From Planctomycetota bacterium (lineage in GTDB: Bacteria; Planctomycetota; UBA1135; UBA2386): a DNA stretch of 55,420 nucleotides. The position numbers and the translations under genes are program-made. The notes beneath the pieces were generated by a model. It saw only the letters and a list, made by a program, of their open reading frames with translations, was not told the DNA's origin and did not search any database. This document shows, piece by piece, positions 51,395 to 55,420 of the stretch (position 1 is the first letter of the stretch; every line of letters starts with the position of its first letter). The stretch is taken from positions 1 to 55,420 of the forward strand of contig JAEUHV010000096.1 in the NCBI GenBank assembly GCA_016794485.1. The letters run 5' to 3'.

Positions 51395-53665
51395 ATGCGA
51401 ACCCTACTGCTCGTTCCGTTCCTGACGTTGCTGCCAGCGCTCACCGCGCAAGCACCGACGCCGCGCCCTGTTGCAGAGACCTACCCGCCCGCCGAAGAGG
51501 CCGTGGCCAAGGCGCCTGACGACCTCACCCCGACCGAACGCGACGCCCTGGCCCGGAGCCTCGGCGCCCGGCCGCAAAGCCGCGTGCTGTTCGACCAGAC
51601 GCAGGCGGACGGCACCCTGTGGGCGATCGGCACGGCTTGGAAGGCGAGCTTCGACGCCACCGGCTTCACCGCGATTCCGTTCTTCGGCAGCCAGGCGCCG
51701 CGCAACTTCCCGGTCCGCTTCGAGCTGACGCAGGCGACGGTCGGCGGAACGGCATTGCCGCTCGCGGATGGCGTGCCGGCCGTACGGGGCAACCAGGTGC
51801 GCACCGCGCGCGGCGGCTGCACCGAGGTGATCGACCTCGCGCTCGACCAGATGGAGCAGTCGTTCGTGTTCGACGCGCTGCCCAACCGCGGCGCGATCGC
51901 GGTCGACGTGCGCGTCGACACGGAACTCGCCGCGTCGATGCTGGCGAACGGCATCCGCTTCGGCAACGAGTTCGGCCACGTCGACTACCAGAAGGCGGTG
52001 GCCGTCGATGCCGCCGGCCGACGCCTGCCGCTCGCGATCGAGTGGACCGGCAACGGCGTGCACATGGAGATCCCGGCGTCGTTCGTCGAGCAGGCGCAGC
52101 TGCCGCTCGTGCTCGATCCGGTGCTCAACTACTGGTACGGCATCGCGTCCGGCCAAGCCGTGCTGCAGCACGACAGCGACGTGGCGTCGTTCCAGTCGCT
52201 GGGCGGCCGCACGCTGATCGTCTACCAGCGCGACTTCAGCGCGGGGGACACGGACTGCTGGGGTGTCCTGTTCGACGGCAACCTCGGCCTCGTGCAGACC
52301 GACTTCACCATCGACTTCACGAACGCCAACTGGAAGAACGTCGCGGTCGCGGCGCACAACTACAGCCAGAACTTCCTGGTCGTCGCCGAAGTCGAGACCG
52401 TGCTGAGCTGGTTCATCGTCGGCCGCACCGTCGCAGCCAATGCTGTGGTCGGGGCGCAGTTCGACATCGAACGCGACGGTGTCGTCGGCGTGCCGGGCAA
52501 CAGCTTCTCGCCCGACGTCGGCAGCGACCCGTACTACGGGCCGGGCCGCTACACGGTCGTGTTCATGAAGCGGCCGAACATCTTCAGCAACGCGCAGACG
52601 ATCTACTACAAGCAGGTCAACCCCGCGGGCACCCTGGTGACCACGGCGCCCGTGCTCGTCGACACGAACGCCCAGGGCGTCGACCGTCCGTCGATCAGCA
52701 AGTCGTGCGGCCAATCCAACGGCCAGCCTGCCTTCTGGCTGCTCACCTGGCAGCGCACCTGGGTCGGCCTCAGCGGCGACCAGGAAGTCTGGGGTCGTTT
52801 CGTGAACTGGAACGGTGCGATCCAGGGCACCTCGCCGTTCGCCATCGCGTTCACCCCTGCCGAAGAGACCGCGCCGTCGTCCGGCTCGCCGATCGACGTG
52901 AACGGCACGCGCTACTGGCCGATGTGCCACGAGTACGCGACCGCGCTGGGCCAGCCGCGCGACGTCAACGCCAAGCTGCTGAACAGCAGTGGCGGCACGG
53001 TCGCCGGATTCACCGTGAACACGCCGGTGCCGGGTGAGGACGACCGCGAGCCCGAGATCGACTCCGACGGCACGCGCTTCGTCGTCACGCGGACGAACGG
53101 TACCGGCGTCGAAGCGGTCACCGCGGCGTACCTCGCGGCGAGCAACACGTTCCGCGTCGAGGAGCGCACCGCACTGATCACGTCCGGCCTGGACACCTAC
53201 GGTGAGACCAACATCTGCGCCGACTACAGCGGCGGTGGCTCGATGTCGCCGCGCTACTTCCTCTCGTTCAGCGAGCAGTCGTCGAACACGTTCCGGTTGG
53301 AGGTCTTCGGTGGCTGGCTGCCCGGCCAGTTCTTCGTGCCGCAGACGAACCCGGGCGGCGTCACCACGATGGCGGTGACCGGCTCGCCGGTCATCGGCCA
53401 GACGGTCGGCTTCGACGTGCAGCCGGGCCCGCTCGCGGCGGTGCACATCGGCACGCCGAACTACATCCCGTTGAACGCGCTCGGCTGCAACTGCGTGCAG
53501 GGCGTCGACCCCGTCGCGACGTTCCTGTCGCCGTGGTCGTGGACGATCCCGAACAACGTGGTGTTCGTCGGCCTGCAGTTCGCCGCCCAGGGCTTCCACC
53601 TGACCGGCACGCAATGCCTCGGCTTCATCGACCTCAGCCAGTCGGTGAACTTCACGATCCGCTGA
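51395..53665 (+). CDS. Large secreted hypothetical protein carrying the shared C-terminal module
   Basis: I trimmed the ORF to the ATG at 51395 (MRTLLLVPFLTLLPALTA|Q). The product is 756 aa. I recognised no family for the body of the protein. Confidence 0.7.
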   Translation: MRTLLLVPFLTLLPALTAQAPTPRPVAETYPPAEEAVAKAPDDLTPTERDALARSLGARPQSRVLFDQTQADGTLWAIGTAWKASFDATGFTAIPFFGSQAPRNFPVRFELTQATVGGTALPLADGVPAVRGNQVRTARGGCTEVIDLALDQMEQSFVFDALPNRGAIAVDVRVDTELAASMLANGIRFGNEFGHVDYQKAVAVDAAGRRLPLAIEWTGNGVHMEIPASFVEQAQLPLVLDPVLNYWYGIASGQAVLQHDSDVASFQSLGGRTLIVYQRDFSAGDTDCWGVLFDGNLGLVQTDFTIDFTNANWKNVAVAAHNYSQNFLVVAEVETVLSWFIVGRTVAANAVVGAQFDIERDGVVGVPGNSFSPDVGSDPYYGPGRYTVVFMKRPNIFSNAQTIYYKQVNPAGTLVTTAPVLVDTNAQGVDRPSISKSCGQSNGQPAFWLLTWQRTWVGLSGDQEVWGRFVNWNGAIQGTSPFAIAFTPAEETAPSSGSPIDVNGTRYWPMCHEYATALGQPRDVNAKLLNSSGGTVAGFTVNTPVPGEDDREPEIDSDGTRFVVTRTNGTGVEAVTAAYLAASNTFRVEERTALITSGLDTYGETNICADYSGGGSMSPRYFLSFSEQSSNTFRLEVFGGWLPGQFFVPQTNPGGVTTMAVTGSPVIGQTVGFDVQPGPLAAVHIGTPNYIPLNALGCNCVQGVDPVATFLSPWSWTIPNNVVFVGLQFAAQGFHLTGTQCLGFIDLSQSVNFTIR

Positions 53666-54863
53666 GCACCGGCAACGGAGCCGCCGCGGGCCGCGCCAGC
53701 TCGACCGGCGCCTCGGTGCGCCGGCCGGCGATCGGCGTCACGCCGCCGCGGTTCCACAACCCACCGTGGTAGGCGTTCGCCCACATGCGAACGTGGCCAC
53801 GGCCGCGGTGCGGGTTCGGGGTCTCGGCGAGCAGCGCGCCGTGACCGAACGTGCGCGCCAGGATCGCGACGATGTCGGTGTGCACGCCGGGCACGATGTA
53901 GTTCTGCTCGTAGAACACGCCCTCGTCGCCGAGCAGCCCCGACGCCATGCGTCCGTAGTGCTCCACCTGCTGCGGCGCCATCTCCGACAGCGACAGCATG
54001 TTGACCACCAGGTCGACTTCACCGATCTGCGGCACGAACTCGCCGACCATGTGGTTCGGCACGAACGTGATCCCCGGCGTGTCGGCCGGCAGGACCACGC
54101 CTTCGTCCGCGAGCGTGCAGCGTTCGCCGGCGAGCACGGTCGACAGCCAGATCGACGAGTAGACCAGCGACTCGGGCAGGTCGACGATCGTGTAGTCGAC
54201 GGGACCGACGATCTGCCGGAACGCGTGGGCGAGGTCGCCGAAGCCGGCACCGATCTCGACGATGCGGGCATGGCCGCGCTCGCGCACGCGCTGCTGCAGG
54301 AAGTCGAACACGCCCGACCAGTGCAGCCCGTTCAGGCGCATCTGCTTCATCAGGGTGTCGTAGTTGACGATCGTTCCGTCGACGTCCCACCCGCTCTCGC
54401 CGAACATGCGCGGCGTGGTCGCGCGGCGCTCCGGCGGCAGGCCCTGCGTGCAGCGCACGAACTCGACCGTCGGCACCGACGCGCGTTTCGCCACCGAACG
54501 GATCACGGCGTCGGCGTCGCGCGGCACCTCGAGAACCTCGGGCGTGTTCTCGCAGTTGGCCATCGTCAGCATCGAGTAGCCGGTGAAGTTGTAGGTCAGG
54601 CAGCGCAGGTGCTCGATCGTGTGGCGGTCCTTGCGCGCGACCTTGCGGAAGTTCGACGGACAGAAGTCCTGGCCCCAGAGATGCGCGGGCAGGTGCACCT
54701 TCGGATCGAGGCCGTGCCGCGCGAGGTAGCCGGCCCGGCGTTCACGGATGCCGGCGACGGCGTCGCACAGCGACTGCACGCGTGTCCAGTCGCGCTCCGA
54801 CAGCGGGAAGTTGTCGCGGGGGCCGAAGAACTCGGGGCGGACGTTCGGAGTCATGGAACTCAC
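53652..54863 (-). CDS. Class I SAM-dependent methyltransferase-like protein (putative sugar O-methyltransferase type)
   Basis: Motif I is RIVEIGAGFGDLA. Acidic motif II is IVDLPE, and DLVVNMLSLSEM follows. The start is either the GTG at 54863, overlapping the upstream stop, or the ATG at 54854. The 3' end overlaps the convergent CDS by 14 nt. Confidence 0.7.
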   Translation of the reverse strand: MSSMTPNVRPEFFGPRDNFPLSERDWTRVQSLCDAVAGIRERRAGYLARHGLDPKVHLPAHLWGQDFCPSNFRKVARKDRHTIEHLRCLTYNFTGYSMLTMANCENTPEVLEVPRDADAVIRSVAKRASVPTVEFVRCTQGLPPERRATTPRMFGESGWDVDGTIVNYDTLMKQMRLNGLHWSGVFDFLQQRVRERGHARIVEIGAGFGDLAHAFRQIVGPVDYTIVDLPESLVYSSIWLSTVLAGERCTLADEGVVLPADTPGITFVPNHMVGEFVPQIGEVDLVVNMLSLSEMAPQQVEHYGRMASGLLGDEGVFYEQNYIVPGVHTDIVAILARTFGHGALLAETPNPHRGRGHVRMWANAYHGGLWNRGGVTPIAGRRTEAPVELARPAAAPLPVLSGS

Positions 54864-55420
54864 CGGAGGACGAGGTTGCCGTACGGGTCGCGCTCGGGAC
54901 GCGGCAGCACCTTGGTGCGCAGGCCGCCGGGGAAGAAGCGCGCCGCCAGGTAGCGGCGGTTGTGGTCGAGCTCCTCGAGCGACAGCGCGCGGTCGTAGAC
55001 CAGCATCGCGTGCATCTCGAAGCCTGGGTGGAAGCGCATCCGGCCGTACGGGATCTGCATGCGCTGCGCGAAGTCGTCGATGCGCAGGTCGAGCGTGCTG
55101 ACGTGGTGCTCGATGCGGGCTCCGGCGTTGTACTCGATGTTCCCGGGCGCCCCGATGTTCACGTAGTACGGCGAGTCGCTGTCGGCGGGCTGCACGTAAC
55201 GACCATCGAACTCGTGCACGTCGTCGTCGAGCACGCAGCGGCCGATCGCCTGCACGTCGTCGACGGCGACCGCGGCGCGCTGCGTGCGCACGGTCGGCAC
55301 GGCGAGCGGATGCGTGCAGTGCACGGCACGGGTGAGCGGCGTGTTGCCGCGGTTCTGGATCGACAGCCGCAGGTTGCGGTTCTCGAAGTTGAAGAAGTAG
55401 AACGAGAAGCCGGAGCCGCC
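54860..55420 (-). CDS. Concanavalin/LamG-like jelly-roll domain protein. Partial: the N-terminus lies beyond the right edge.
   Basis: The frame is open from 55420 (GGSGFSFYFFNFENRNLRLSIQNRGNTPL...) through the track's GTG at 55324 to the stop at 54860. The C-terminal sequence MLVYDRALSLEELDHNRRYLAARF resembles the end of LamG-type domains. This assignment is tentative. Confidence 0.5.
   Translation of the reverse strand, partial: GGSGFSFYFFNFENRNLRLSIQNRGNTPLTRAVHCTHPLAVPTVRTQRAAVAVDDVQAIGRCVLDDDVHEFDGRYVQPADSDSPYYVNIGAPGNIEYNAGARIEHHVSTLDLRIDDFAQRMQIPYGRMRFHPGFEMHAMLVYDRALSLEELDHNRRYLAARFFPGGLRTKVLPRPERDPYGNLVLR

Noticed and set aside
51404-53614. 736-aa minus-strand ORF. The same applies to 15723..17741 (-), 42852..45395 (-), 29249..31498 (+) and 47444..49075 (+).
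   Set aside because: All are R/G/A/P-rich shadows overlapping genes that have signal peptides and domain motifs. None has an independent motif.
1-55420. Mobile elements, prophage, CRISPR arrays, tRNA or rRNA genes, or a classical defence system
   Set aside because: I recognised no transposase, integrase, Cas protein, repeat-spacer array or cloverleaf-sized intergenic gap. The longest non-coding stretch is about 350 bp. The lone HNH protein belongs to the common stand-alone family and has no restriction, methylase or toxin partner next to it.

Overview
This is a very GC-rich, densely coding bacterial chromosomal segment. I call about 45 CDS and saw no rRNA, tRNA, CRISPR array, transposase or integrase by eye. 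Lipoboxes, an outer-membrane beta-barrel ending in Phe, and DsbD, TlpA and HtrA genes point to a diderm cell envelope. The ECF sigma, HEAT, LRR and Kelch repertoire resembles Planctomycetota-like lineages, but I cannot confirm taxonomy without a search.

Backbone genes:
- parA-parB, with a canonical parS 16-mer inside parB
- a PIG-L deacetylase, metallophosphoesterase and membrane-protein operon; the deacetylase is missing from the supplied ORF track because it runs off the left edge
- pta, a GDPD phosphodiesterase, an AtuA/DUF1446 pair, a radical SAM gene, a two-component system, and three consecutive GT-C-type membrane glycosyltransferases

Observations worth follow-up:
1. A DsbD-family reductase has an in-frame TGA exactly at the first Cys of its thioredoxin CxxC motif, giving U-I-N-C. 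A stem-loop follows at SECIS-compatible spacing, so I predict a selenoprotein.
2. Almost every signal-peptidase-I-type signal peptide in the window ends AxA followed directly by Gln. This is a Q-rule-like pattern.
3. Five otherwise unrelated secreted proteins (NIDO-like, triple-PPC, Kelch and two unknowns) share a C-terminal module of about 110-130 aa that I cannot assign to a known family.
4. There are two paralogous ECF sigma/anti-sigma pairs. One anti-sigma carries a beta-propeller ectodomain and the other a roughly 700-aa RNI-type LRR ectodomain.
5. Smaller oddities include a BNR-sialidase/SGNH-esterase fusion, a TlpA-like thioredoxin with a C-P-Y-E active site, and an EF-hand loop inside a GT-C enzyme.

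Limits: start codons in this GC-rich DNA are often ambiguous by tens of nucleotides. All family assignments come from motifs read by eye, not from database searches.
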